NCBI GenBank assembly: GCA_963675755.2
Contig: CAXXMD010000001.1
Span: 326,049 to 390,048 of the forward strand
DNA from: a bacterium
GTDB lineage: Bacteria > Zhuqueibacterota > Zhuqueibacteria > Residuimicrobiales > Krinioviventaceae
Length of the DNA stretch: 64,000 nt
Direction: 5' to 3'
Part shown: in pieces, positions 25,844 through 35,837 of the stretch
Layout: the number at the start of each line of letters is the position of its first letter
How positions within the stretch are numbered: the first letter of the stretch is position 1
The notes under the pieces: generated by a model
The model's input: only the letters and a program-made list of their open reading frames with translations
Databases searched by the model: none
Told to the model about the DNA's origin: nothing
Program-made: the position numbers and the translations under genes

Positions 25844-27072
25844 TATTTTTCCTTTTCGTCAATCCATTTTATACTGTGATCTCCGGTGACAGCAATTGTT
25901 TCGGCTGGTGAATCAATTTTGAATATGGACCAGGGTCCGGGTATGAATGGGTATTTTTCGATTACGGATTCATCCACTTTTAAACCAATACCGGCAGTGT
26001 CCGGTACAACCAGGTTGCCGTTTTCAATGGTCAGCGGTTCAGCAAGGATCTCGTCAGCCAACGGGAACGGATACATGCCCGGTTTGCCGTCGTTGGAATA
26101 GCAGGGGAATTCAAGCCATTCAACGGTAGATTCCGGCCAGCAGATACCGAGGTGACCTGCAACCAGTACTTCAAGGGTTGTGCCCCAACTGTGATAAGCG
26201 AATTTCAATCCATGGTCCTGAACGCCCTGGAATATCTTTTTAGCGGATTTGAGTCCGCCCTGGCAAAAAGCATCCATTTGCACAAAATCTACAGCACCGG
26301 TTGTAATCAGGTCCATAAATCCTGCATCGGTTTGTTCATGCTCACCGGAAGCAATGGGGACGAGCTTTTCAGCAGTGATTTTGCGATAAATGTCATGATC
26401 ATCCGGCGGCAGGGGTTCTTCGAGCCAGTATGGATTATATACGGCCATGTCTTTACAAAGCTGGATAATGGTTTCGTAAGAATAATTCAAGTCACCCATA
26501 CGCCACCAGGCATGAGCATCGATCATTATGCCCTTGTCCGGGCCCATTGCTTTGCGCATCAATTCAACAGTTTTTAAATCCCCTTCGGGACCTAACGCCG
26601 GGCGCATTTTATAAGCCGTAAATCCCATATCTGTAATGGCTGCTGATTCTTCAGCATAGCCTTCAGGACTCATGTACATGCCGGCACTGCCATAGAGCTT
26701 GACCCGGTCGCGCTTGCGCCCACCCAGATATTCGGACAAGGGTGCATTTTCATATTTGGCTAATAGATCCAGTATAGCAAACTCTACCGCATCATAGTTT
26801 TTGCGTGTCTGGTAATCCAGGTCCGGTGGATTTTTAATAATATCCGATACCTCTCTGCCGGCAAGCATGGGAGCTATTTTTTCGTTAATGTCTTTTTGTC
26901 CCGGAACATGTGCGGGACCCGGTGCAAAACCTTTTAATCCATTATCTGCAGTAACTCGTATGAGCATGGCGTCACGTTTAAGGATAGTACGCTCACCACC
27001 ATAAAACGGCATTACAATGGGTTCAGGCATTGCATATGACATGAGAAATGCTTCAACTTTGGTTATTTTCAC
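25843..27072 (-). CDS. Mandelate racemase/muconate-lactonizing family acid-sugar dehydratase
   Basis: YKMR, MIDAH, WLEEP, ASGEH and YHSW metal/catalytic pattern. Confidence 0.85.
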   Translation of the reverse strand: MKITKVEAFLMSYAMPEPIVMPFYGGERTILKRDAMLIRVTADNGLKGFAPGPAHVPGQKDINEKIAPMLAGREVSDIIKNPPDLDYQTRKNYDAVEFAILDLLAKYENAPLSEYLGGRKRDRVKLYGSAGMYMSPEGYAEESAAITDMGFTAYKMRPALGPEGDLKTVELMRKAMGPDKGIMIDAHAWWRMGDLNYSYETIIQLCKDMAVYNPYWLEEPLPPDDHDIYRKITAEKLVPIASGEHEQTDAGFMDLITTGAVDFVQMDAFCQGGLKSAKKIFQGVQDHGLKFAYHSWGTTLEVLVAGHLGICWPESTVEWLEFPCYSNDGKPGMYPFPLADEILAEPLTIENGNLVVPDTAGIGLKVDESVIEKYPFIPGPWSIFKIDSPAETIAVTGDHSIKWIDEKEK

Positions 27073-27141
27073 TTTCTACTCCTTGTATATATATCAGGAC
27101 CGGTTTAAACCACGATCCTGATCGTTATTATTCATGTGGGT

Positions 27142-28020
27142 TTATTCAAGTCCTGCCAGTTGACCCAGCAACAGGGCAAGGGCAGAGTGGTCCAACTCAC
27201 CGTCACCACGGGCAAGAATAGCATCCATTTGACTAGCTACCAATGCACTGCCGGGAAGCGGAACGGATAACTCGCGACCGGTTTGCAGTGCAATGTTCAT
27301 ATCTTTACGGTGCAGTTTGACTTTGAAACCCGGTTTATAATTATTATCAATGATACGCTGGCCATGCAAATCCAGAATACGGCTCTGTGCAAATCCACCC
27401 AGTAAAGCTTCACGGACCTTGACCAGGTCAACGCCGGATTTCTTCGCCAGGTTCATGGCTTCGGCAACAGCCTGAATGGTCATGCCTACAATGATCTGAT
27501 TGCTGGCTTTGGTAACTTGTCCTGCCCCTGCATCACCAATGAGCACGGTATTTTTACCCATAACCTCAAACAACGGCATAGCACGTTTGAAAGCAGATTC
27601 CGGACCGCCCACCATGATAGAGAGCGCGCCATTGATTGCGCCAACTTCTCCACCCGAAACCGGGGCATCAAGCGCCTCCACATCTTTGTCTTTGAGTTTT
27701 TTTGCCACATTTTGAGAGGTTACCGGGGCAATTGTAGACATGTCGATAAATAGAGAGCCCGCTTTAATACCATCAGCAACACCGTCCTGACCAAAAACCA
27801 CAGCTTCAACATCCGGAGAATCCGGCAGCATGGTAATGACAATATCACACAGTTCTGCAACTTGTTTGGCAGTATCTGCACTTTTTGCGCCTTCCGCAAC
27901 CACTTCTTTAACTGAATCTTTATTAATATCCAAAACAACCAGGTCATATCCTGCTTTGATCAAATTGATAGACATGGGTTTTCCCATGATGCCTAAACCT
28001 ATAAATCCAATTTTTTCCAT
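27142..28020 (-). CDS. garR: 2-hydroxy-3-oxopropionate (tartronate semialdehyde) reductase
   Basis: IGFIGLGIMGKPM, ITMLPDSPDV, LDAPVSGG, GQVTKASNQ, PGFKVKLHRKD. Confidence 0.85.
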   Translation of the reverse strand: MEKIGFIGLGIMGKPMSINLIKAGYDLVVLDINKDSVKEVVAEGAKSADTAKQVAELCDIVITMLPDSPDVEAVVFGQDGVADGIKAGSLFIDMSTIAPVTSQNVAKKLKDKDVEALDAPVSGGEVGAINGALSIMVGGPESAFKRAMPLFEVMGKNTVLIGDAGAGQVTKASNQIIVGMTIQAVAEAMNLAKKSGVDLVKVREALLGGFAQSRILDLHGQRIIDNNYKPGFKVKLHRKDMNIALQTGRELSVPLPGSALVASQMDAILARGDGELDHSALALLLGQLAGLE

Positions 28021-28050
28021 GTTTTCACCTTGTATTAATATGATTATTGA

Positions 28051-28812
28051 TTATAACTTTTGTACCAGTGTTTTATACATATTTTGTGCACCATTGTTAA
28101 TAAAGCCCAAATCAGATCCGGCTGCTATAAACCGGTAGCCCAGATCAAAATATTTTTGGAATTCATCAGGATTCGGCAGCAGGATACCGGCAGCTTTGCC
28201 TGCATTCAATGCTGCTTTGGCTGTTTTTTCAATTGCCTGAATAAATTCCGGGTGTTCCCATTGTGCCTGAATACCTAAAGCAGTAGAGAGGTCCATCGGC
28301 CCAATAAAAAGGACATCCACGCCATCAATGGCAGCTATTTCATCAAGATGGTTTAACGATTCCGCAGTTTCTATCTGAATAACGCCTAGCAGCTCATCTT
28401 TATTGCTGTCAAAATAATCCTGGAAATTTGCACCATATTGTGTAGCACGGACCATTTTGGCAACACCGCGCAGGCCTTCCGGTTGATAACGCAAGGCTTT
28501 TGCAGCCAATTCTGCTTCAGCAGCTGTGTCTATACGGGGAACCATAACACCGGATGCACCAAAATCCAATACACGATGTATCCGCTGACGTTCAAAAGAT
28601 TCCACCCTGACGATAGGTGTGGTTTTGGTATGTTCGAGAGCCTGAAGTTGAAGCATAACTTCATGTTCAGAACCGGAGCCATGCTCAAAATCCACCAGCA
28701 CCCAGTCAAATCCGGACATGCCTACAATCTCTGCGGAAACTGAGGATCCCAGGTTTAACCAACAGCCGAAAACCGTATCCCCTTTTTGAATTCTTTTTTT
28801 TAAACCCTTCAT
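28051..28812 (-). CDS. HpcH/HpaI-family 2-keto-3-deoxy-sugar-acid aldolase (GarL-like)
   Basis: FDWVLVDFEHG, QIET, DVLFIGPMDLS. Confidence 0.88.
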   Translation of the reverse strand: MKGLKKRIQKGDTVFGCWLNLGSSVSAEIVGMSGFDWVLVDFEHGSGSEHEVMLQLQALEHTKTTPIVRVESFERQRIHRVLDFGASGVMVPRIDTAAEAELAAKALRYQPEGLRGVAKMVRATQYGANFQDYFDSNKDELLGVIQIETAESLNHLDEIAAIDGVDVLFIGPMDLSTALGIQAQWEHPEFIQAIEKTAKAALNAGKAAGILLPNPDEFQKYFDLGYRFIAAGSDLGFINNGAQNMYKTLVQKL

Positions 28813-28954
28813 AAATCGATTTCCAGTAATTGTTAATAATTGTAAAATACTCTAGTTTTTTAAATAATCATTTTATTTAAAAAAATCAACCCAATAAATA
28901 ACCGGTAAATCGTTAATATTTTTACAAATTTTGTTAGATGGTATATTGTTAAAA

Positions 28955-29959
28955 TTAGAGTGATAACCGCCAAAAGGCAATGCGTTGCCTCTTCCAGGTA
29001 TAGGTGAGAAAAATATTATTTTTGCGGGAAACTATTGCGGGGTACGAATATTCTCCTTCCTGATCTTCAAGAATATATTCGTCATTCCAGGTAAATCCAT
29101 TGTCATTTGAAGTATAAATTACCAATGGTGTCCGTTTTCCCCAGTTTTCTGCTATAGGATTGCAGATCAGTACCAGGGTGCCGTCATCCATTCGGGTTAA
29201 ATCAATACCACTATTGTTGTTGGGCAGGTCTATAGGATATGCAGAGCACCATGTGTTTCCATAATCTTTTGAATCACTGCGATAGATTCTCCCCATTGTA
29301 GAACGAAGCAGCATGTGTACAAGTCCGGGTTGTGATTCCCATACTGTTGGTTGAATAACACCTTTGCCCTGGTAGGACAGGTCCGGTACGGGGAATGCTT
29401 TATCCTGAGGAATTATTTGAGGTTGGGTATCAATACTCAGTATCTGGCTTTTTATCCATGTTTTTCCCCTATCTTTAGAGATATCTGTAAATGCCTGCCA
29501 GTCACCTTTTTCAGTTGATGCCGGTGCCAGCCAATTACCATTTGAAAGAATTATGGGTTTGTTTCTAACGGGTCCCCGGCCGCCAGAATCTCCGGGTACC
29601 AGTTCGGCAGGTGCGCTCCATGTTTTACCATCATCCATAGAGGTAATGAATAAGGTTTGCCAATCCGGTATACTGTGACCCATCTTGTAGAATAACCAGA
29701 TTTTTCCATCTGGTTCCTGGAACAGAACGGGATTCCAATGAGGGATCCCATCCTGGTCCGCAATTTTATCAGGGACGGACCATTGGTTGTTATGATAATG
29801 GGATAGATAAATTGCCACATCCGATGCGCCTTCTCTGCTGCCTCCAAACCAGGCCGCAAGAATGCTTTCATCTGATAAAACCAGCAGGGTAGACGCATGA
29901 CATATTTCAAACTTTTGTGACGATTGAAAGATAAATTCTTTGTGTGCATTATATATCAT
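28955..29959 (-). CDS. Cytoplasmic BNR/Asp-box sialidase-fold protein
   Basis: CHASTL, WFGGSREG, GPVRNKP, SxDxGxTW repeats, PNNNSG, EYSYP; no signal peptide. Confidence 0.85.
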   Translation of the reverse strand: MIYNAHKEFIFQSSQKFEICHASTLLVLSDESILAAWFGGSREGASDVAIYLSHYHNNQWSVPDKIADQDGIPHWNPVLFQEPDGKIWLFYKMGHSIPDWQTLFITSMDDGKTWSAPAELVPGDSGGRGPVRNKPIILSNGNWLAPASTEKGDWQAFTDISKDRGKTWIKSQILSIDTQPQIIPQDKAFPVPDLSYQGKGVIQPTVWESQPGLVHMLLRSTMGRIYRSDSKDYGNTWCSAYPIDLPNNNSGIDLTRMDDGTLVLICNPIAENWGKRTPLVIYTSNDNGFTWNDEYILEDQEGEYSYPAIVSRKNNIFLTYTWKRQRIAFWRLSL

Positions 29960-30290
29960 AATATCTATCCTTTTTTATCATATAGAATATAGAAAATAAT
30001 TAAAAAGTTCAACAAATTCCAACTTTGTTGTTTCTATAAAGCTGGATTTGGAAATTTTGATTTTTGTGACATTGTTATAAATATAAATGATTCCGCATAT
30101 AGAAAATATTTAAATTAATCTCTTCATCTGACAATCCTTCAATGACACCATCAAGCAAAGCTTGTCCTGACAACGTCTGAAACTTGGTTACAATATTTAA
30201 AAAATTAAAATTATTTGGAACGGTATAGCAAATTGTACTGAACTGACAGGTCCCTTGAATTATAATTTATTAATTAAAAGGAGGGATAAC

Positions 30291-31844
30291 ATGTTTTGTT
30301 CTTTGATGAAATTCCGGATTTTTTTCATTTTCATCCTGCTGTTTGCAGCGGATAAAATGATGGGTTTGAAATTCTCTGCAATTGATGATTATCAATTAAA
30401 ATGGAGTTTTCAGGCCCCGGCTGAAATTAAATGGCTGGATCACTGGGAAGATGGGTATGCTGCTGGTGATTTAAATAATGATGGTTATGCGGATGTCGCA
30501 ATTGGAACAATCGGGGGGACGGTAATTATCGTGAATGGTTTTAACGGTAATGAGCTTTGGCACTATCAGCTTCCTGAAACGGTTGAATATGTAAATGTGG
30601 ATATTGTAGATTTGGATGGTGATGGTGTTTTGGATGTTATTGCCGGAGGTAAAGTTACTTGCGATAATGTCAGAATTTATGCATTTAATGGCAATGGTAC
30701 TATGAAATGGGACAATCCCGCTACAGGAGATTATTGTGAGGTAACCGATTTTGCTTATGGTGATATTAATGGAGATGGTCATAAAGACATTGCAGCATCA
30801 ATTGGTAAATACTCCCATGGCGGCGGAGAGGTCGTTTTGTTTGATGGTAGAGATGGTTCCCGAATTTGGAAAACAAATTTAGGCAGAGGTATTGCTTTTG
30901 GAATTGATGCAAAGGATATGAATAATGATGGGGATATGGAAGTTGCAGTTACCAGCTATGATAACAAGGTGTATTTGATTGATGGCGCTACAAATACCAT
31001 TCATTGGTCTCGCAGTGGAAGTTATTATGGCAGAGATGTGATCATTGCTGATGTTGATAATGACGGCGCTTTTGAAATAACCTCTGTGATGGGTAATACC
31101 TATTGTTATAATGAAGATGGAAGTTACGCTTGGATCAATACAACCGGTGTGGGAGAGAATCTAACCCGATGTAATCCAGATAATAACGAGTTGTCAGAAT
31201 TACTGATTGTAAATCCCTGGGTTGGCAATTGTTCACTGGTTCAAGGCGCTAATGGGGAAATTCTCTGGACACGAGATGAAGCCGGTGCCGCAGATGTGGG
31301 GGATGTAAACGGGGATGGAATTGATGAATTTATTATGACATCAATGAAATGGTATGAACCTGATTTCCCAAAACAATATTTACGTATTGTGAATTGTCAA
31401 AATAATCTGTTATGGGAGACTGAATTTGATACTGAAGCCTCGGCTTTGGTGGCTGCCAATATTGATAAAGATGTTAACGATGAAATACTTTTAACATCAA
31501 ACGATTTATTGATCGCTTTGGATATAGAGCTGGAAACAGGTATGAATCGTGATCAGGCAATACCCTCTCATTCCCGGATGTTCCAAAACTATCCAAATCC
31601 TTTTAATCCTTTAACAACAATCGAATATACCCTCCGTCAAAACAGTAATGTAGAATTGATAATTTATGATATTTTGGGTAATCCTGTCATTACACTTGTT
31701 GATGCAAAACAAACTGCTGGAACTTTCAAGTTGTTATGGAACAGCAGGGATGAAGAAGGAGTTGCGGTACCTACGGGCGTTTATTTCGGACGTCTAAAAA
31801 CAGATTCTTTTACAAGAACTATAAAACTGTTATATGTCAAATAA
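30291..31844 (+). CDS. Secreted FG-GAP/PQQ-like beta-propeller protein with a FlgD-Ig C-terminal domain
   Basis: Repeated GDLNNDGYAD/DINGDG Ca-binding motifs; NYPNPFNP tail; ATG at 30291 follows AAGGAGGG. Confidence 0.8.
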   Translation: MFCSLMKFRIFFIFILLFAADKMMGLKFSAIDDYQLKWSFQAPAEIKWLDHWEDGYAAGDLNNDGYADVAIGTIGGTVIIVNGFNGNELWHYQLPETVEYVNVDIVDLDGDGVLDVIAGGKVTCDNVRIYAFNGNGTMKWDNPATGDYCEVTDFAYGDINGDGHKDIAASIGKYSHGGGEVVLFDGRDGSRIWKTNLGRGIAFGIDAKDMNNDGDMEVAVTSYDNKVYLIDGATNTIHWSRSGSYYGRDVIIADVDNDGAFEITSVMGNTYCYNEDGSYAWINTTGVGENLTRCNPDNNELSELLIVNPWVGNCSLVQGANGEILWTRDEAGAADVGDVNGDGIDEFIMTSMKWYEPDFPKQYLRIVNCQNNLLWETEFDTEASALVAANIDKDVNDEILLTSNDLLIALDIELETGMNRDQAIPSHSRMFQNYPNPFNPLTTIEYTLRQNSNVELIIYDILGNPVITLVDAKQTAGTFKLLWNSRDEEGVAVPTGVYFGRLKTDSFTRTIKLLYVK

Positions 31845-31849
31845 TCATT

Positions 31850-31884
31850 AAAAGAGGCTGATAAGATAACTTTCAGCCTCTTTC
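31850..31884. terminator. Bidirectional terminator
   Basis: AAAAGAGGCTGA...TCAGCCTCTTTT between convergent genes. Confidence 0.75.
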
Positions 31885-31897
31885 AGTTAATAAAATA

Positions 31898-33223
31898 TTA
31901 ATTTTCGAATGAAATGATTTTGGTTTGATGTTTTTCCATATTTACGTACTGGATCAATACAAGCATTATCAAGGCTCCCACTGCAAATGTTGCAATAATT
32001 ACCTGATAGTTGAACCATTGTGTGAGTAAACCCACCAGAGCAGCTCCCGCAGACATGCCGAGGTTTGCAAGCATCATGTACAATGTAAATTGTGTCGCTG
32101 CAACTTTTTTCCAACAGAGCTGCATAGCAGTAGCAAAAATAGATATTGTAAATTGAGTAAAGAGGATAAAAAATCCTATAATAAATCCGGTAACAAAAAC
32201 AGACTGATTCCAATATTGTGGTAATATTGACATGGCTGTAATCCATAAAATCAATAGGACCAGTACACTTTTTAATGTCCGTAATTTCCCGATAAAATCA
32301 ATCAATGCCCCCCCAATAAACATCCCTATCAATCCCGCAACCAAACCTGATGTAGCCATTATGTTTGAAAATTCTGAATCCGTCCATCCAAGTTCCTGAA
32401 CGGTAAATACGGGAAGGGTGGTTGTCAGGATACCTCGTCCTATCATGACAATAAAAACACCAATCCCCATAAGTAGACTTGACGGAAGGAAAAAGACCCG
32501 GATCAGATTTTTGAAAATGGATTTCCAGTCATGTACCTGAAGGTTCAACGTTAAACTCGAAGCATGACCCTTTGCCCAGGGAAAAAGCTTTTCTTCCGGA
32601 CGTTCACGTAATAATAGTGGTATTAACAGGATTATTAATATCCCCATAGAAAAAAAGAGAATGGCCTGGCTGAATGCAAATTTATTTATAATAAAGCTCC
32701 CTAATGAAATCGATATAGCCCTGCCTATTGTTTTTGATCCCCACATGAGTCCGTTTGCTCTGGCTTGTTCATTTTCTGGCAGAATATCAATTGCAAGACT
32801 GTCGACAGATACATCCTGTAAAGAAGCAAATATACTAACCATGAACGCCAAAGTACTCAAAAGTACCAGATTGTTTAATGGATCTGGAATGAATGACATC
32901 ATGAAAAAGCTGAGAAATAATCCCATTTGTCCCACTAGAATCCAGGGTCTTCTTCTCCCCATTGCGAGATAGGTATAACGATCTATCAAGGGGCCATATA
33001 CAAGTTTGAAACTCCATGGAAGTGAATATATACCCAAAACTCCACCAATTTGAGCAGGAGTGAGGCCATTTTTTGCCATCCAGGCGGGAAGTGCAACCAG
33101 CATAAAGCCTTCCGGTAGTCCCTGGGCAACATATAGCGCTGAAAAAGAAATATAGCGAAGTAAACTGCTTTGAGATAAGGAGAGCTTGTCTTTATTCGGA
33201 AAAACTTTGATCAGGTTTGTCAA
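31898..33223 (-). CDS. MFS transporter, AmpG-like
   Basis: LYVAQGLP, PWSFKLVYGPLID, GRRRPW, QDVSVDSLAID, ATQFTLYM. Confidence 0.85.
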   Translation of the reverse strand: MTNLIKVFPNKDKLSLSQSSLLRYISFSALYVAQGLPEGFMLVALPAWMAKNGLTPAQIGGVLGIYSLPWSFKLVYGPLIDRYTYLAMGRRRPWILVGQMGLFLSFFMMSFIPDPLNNLVLLSTLAFMVSIFASLQDVSVDSLAIDILPENEQARANGLMWGSKTIGRAISISLGSFIINKFAFSQAILFFSMGILIILLIPLLLRERPEEKLFPWAKGHASSLTLNLQVHDWKSIFKNLIRVFFLPSSLLMGIGVFIVMIGRGILTTTLPVFTVQELGWTDSEFSNIMATSGLVAGLIGMFIGGALIDFIGKLRTLKSVLVLLILWITAMSILPQYWNQSVFVTGFIIGFFILFTQFTISIFATAMQLCWKKVAATQFTLYMMLANLGMSAGAALVGLLTQWFNYQVIIATFAVGALIMLVLIQYVNMEKHQTKIISFEN

Positions 33224-33338
33224 TCGAAACCCTCACTTTTTAAAATGATTTTTTATTCAAGAAAATTACAACCTGAAATGAGTTATACATATTCCTGAAT
33301 TTGGTTCATTTTGTAGAAGTGAGAGTATGTTACCGTGG

Positions 33339-33794
33339 TTATTTTGAAAAGAAATGAATCAATTGCTCCAGTTCTTTATGGTATCCTTCAATTTCAATGA
33401 TATCCATCATACTTTTCTGGATGTCAATCAATACATTTTTAATAAATAATTTTTGTTCTGTTGAAAACGGATTGAAATTTTCTACTGGCATTGAACTCAT
33501 AACACGAATTAGATCAATGACAAATGGATCTCCATCCTTGTTGGGCATATTGTTCAGGGCCATTTCTATTAATCGCGGCATCAGGTAGCCCAACGCTTCG
33601 GGAAGCAGATAGGGTAAGGGACTCCAGCCCATGTGACCAACCTGCTCGGGACCAATATCATGTAATTCACAGGATTGCAGGGTTTGCTCATGATCTTCAC
33701 ATTCGAGACTATTCTGGGTATTTACAAAATGGAGCGGGTAATCAAATGTATTAAAAGTCTCGTATGCTTTTGAAATGATTTCTTTTTTTGTCAT
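33339..33794 (-). CDS. Hypothetical protein
   Basis: 151-aa ORF whose start overlaps the upstream stop (ATGA); no motif recognised. Confidence 0.55.
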   Translation of the reverse strand: MTKKEIISKAYETFNTFDYPLHFVNTQNSLECEDHEQTLQSCELHDIGPEQVGHMGWSPLPYLLPEALGYLMPRLIEMALNNMPNKDGDPFVIDLIRVMSSMPVENFNPFSTEQKLFIKNVLIDIQKSMMDIIEIEGYHKELEQLIHFFSK

Positions 33795-34948
33795 AATTTT
33801 CCAGCCGCTCCGATTACTTTAGCAATCGGCAGACGAGTAATCTGTGTTACCGCAAGCCCATTATTGTATCGACGATCACCGCCACAATGTCCCAATAGAA
33901 TATGGTCTTTAGTAAAATGAATTGCAGTATAACAGTACCATCCATTGGGATTGGTCTCTATATTTTGCTTGTTTTCCCAGGATCTGCCTTCATCTTTTGA
34001 TATTGCAATTGTAAAGGGAGTGCGTTTTTGCTCCAACTCGGGAGGAATGTTTTCGTGATTATTCCAAACCATTAACAGTTCTTTCGTACCGGGTATACGT
34101 TCAATTGATGCCGGTGATCTGGGAGACATGATGTTTGATGCTTGCAGAGGCGTCCAATGCTCTCCCTGGTCCTTTGACCAGGAGACATACTGACATCCTA
34201 CATTGGTACGGCAAAACATGTAAAGTTTTCCGTCTGCCAGTTCTACAATACCGGGTTCCTGTACCAGTACACGGTTATGGTTTTCATCGTATGCTTTTTG
34301 AGCATCCACACTGCGATGCCAGGTTTTACCATCATCATCTGAGATATAGCTCAAGATGACGCCATTCGAATCTCTTCCTTCGGGCCAGGCAGGGTGATTG
34401 TGCATTGCCAGAGGTAGTATAATACGGCCGGTTGAGAGTTGGACCGCCCGATCATTATTCAGGATAAAATACCCGCTGCTGTCGGTCACACAGCGTACAG
34501 GATCACTCCAGGTTTTGGCTTCATCTGTTGATATACGCATATGCGGACTGCAATCGGTATGTGAATTTTTGACCAGATAAAAAAGTGCAATGTTGCCATT
34601 TTGCAAGCGCAACAGTGAAACGGACATGATGTTGAAATCGCCTTCATTGGGAACAATCATCAGATCTTTATCGCTCCAGGTTTTTCCATCATCATTTGAA
34701 AAGCGACCCGCAAGATGTGCTGATGCGTGATCACCTGCACCGCCATTAAAATGGGTATACACAAACAGGATACGTCCGTCATTCAGGGTGAAAAAATCGC
34801 CTTCGCTGTTACGAGGATTTCCTTCACCTGGCTCAAGTCGGAATACACTGTATGGAGAAACAGGATATTGCTTATCTGAATTAGTACAACCGGTAAATGC
34901 AATTATTGTAATGATTACTAAAATTGTGGATTGGGTTTTCATTAGCAT
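33791..34948 (-). CDS. Sialidase-family (GH33-like) BNR lipoprotein
   Basis: FTGC lipobox; RNSEGDF; Asp-boxes SNDDGKTW, STDEAKTW, SDDDGKTW, SKDEGRSW; QEPG; YCYTA. Confidence 0.85.
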   Translation of the reverse strand: MLMKTQSTILVIITIIAFTGCTNSDKQYPVSPYSVFRLEPGEGNPRNSEGDFFTLNDGRILFVYTHFNGGAGDHASAHLAGRFSNDDGKTWSDKDLMIVPNEGDFNIMSVSLLRLQNGNIALFYLVKNSHTDCSPHMRISTDEAKTWSDPVRCVTDSSGYFILNNDRAVQLSTGRIILPLAMHNHPAWPEGRDSNGVILSYISDDDGKTWHRSVDAQKAYDENHNRVLVQEPGIVELADGKLYMFCRTNVGCQYVSWSKDQGEHWTPLQASNIMSPRSPASIERIPGTKELLMVWNNHENIPPELEQKRTPFTIAISKDEGRSWENKQNIETNPNGWYCYTAIHFTKDHILLGHCGGDRRYNNGLAVTQITRLPIAKVIGAAGKL

Positions 34949-34995
34949 TTAGACATTCCTCTTGATAATTTATACAACCAAAGGTACAAAAAATA

Positions 34996-35760
34996 TTATA
35001 ACATGAAAAGAATGATTCCCAGCCCAATATAGACAAAAATCCATTTTTTCATGGCCTTGTCTAATAATTCAGTTGTCATTTGTGTTTTTGAGGACAATAG
35101 ATTCGTTAGTAATACTGCAACAGGCAAGCCCAGAAATGCCAATCCAATACCGGCAATTACATCGCTGGGATAGTGTGCTCCTAATATAATACGGGCAAGA
35201 CATACAAACAATGCAATGATAATGAGCATATACTTGCTCATCCTGTAAACGGATTTTGTGTTTGGGAAAAAGAATAAAAAGGGCAGTACCAGTGCAGTTA
35301 TTTTTGTTGCATGTCCTGATGGAAACGCGGGCGAGCCTGCACTTGTGTAACAAGCGATTTGGTCCGCATACAACGCAATAGGACGTGCACGATCAAATAC
35401 TTGTTTCAATAAATCACCGCCAATACCGGATATGGCAAAAGAGAAAATGATTAACAAAAAAATCAGGCGTCTGTCACCGAGATTGTTTGTTTTAATTTCG
35501 GACAGTATATGATATAAATATATCAATATAACCATTTGCATGCCATGACGGGAGAAAAACTGGGCCAATATTAGAATGAAAGGATCAAAATTCGTGCTAT
35601 TGAGAGCAAACAGAATAGATTTATCCCAGGAGGTTTGCCACCATAATAGTAAGGCAATAGCCCAGAGTAGGGTAAAGGTTAAAAGGCAAATGCTCCGGAT
35701 ATTTTTTGTGAGCTGTATAGGTGTTACCAACTCTGATTTATGTTTTTTTGATTCAGACAT
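34996..35760 (-). CDS. PAP2-family membrane phosphatase
   Basis: KQVFDRARP, FPSGH, RIILGAHYPSD; ATG at 35760 follows AAGGAG. Confidence 0.9.
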   Translation of the reverse strand: MSESKKHKSELVTPIQLTKNIRSICLLTFTLLWAIALLLWWQTSWDKSILFALNSTNFDPFILILAQFFSRHGMQMVILIYLYHILSEIKTNNLGDRRLIFLLIIFSFAISGIGGDLLKQVFDRARPIALYADQIACYTSAGSPAFPSGHATKITALVLPFLFFFPNTKSVYRMSKYMLIIIALFVCLARIILGAHYPSDVIAGIGLAFLGLPVAVLLTNLLSSKTQMTTELLDKAMKKWIFVYIGLGIILFML

Positions 35761-35837
35761 GTTTACTCCTTTTTTCATGTTCTGATCAGTATTTCTCTAT
35801 ATTTACACTCAATAGCAGGTATCTATTCATAAAGAAA

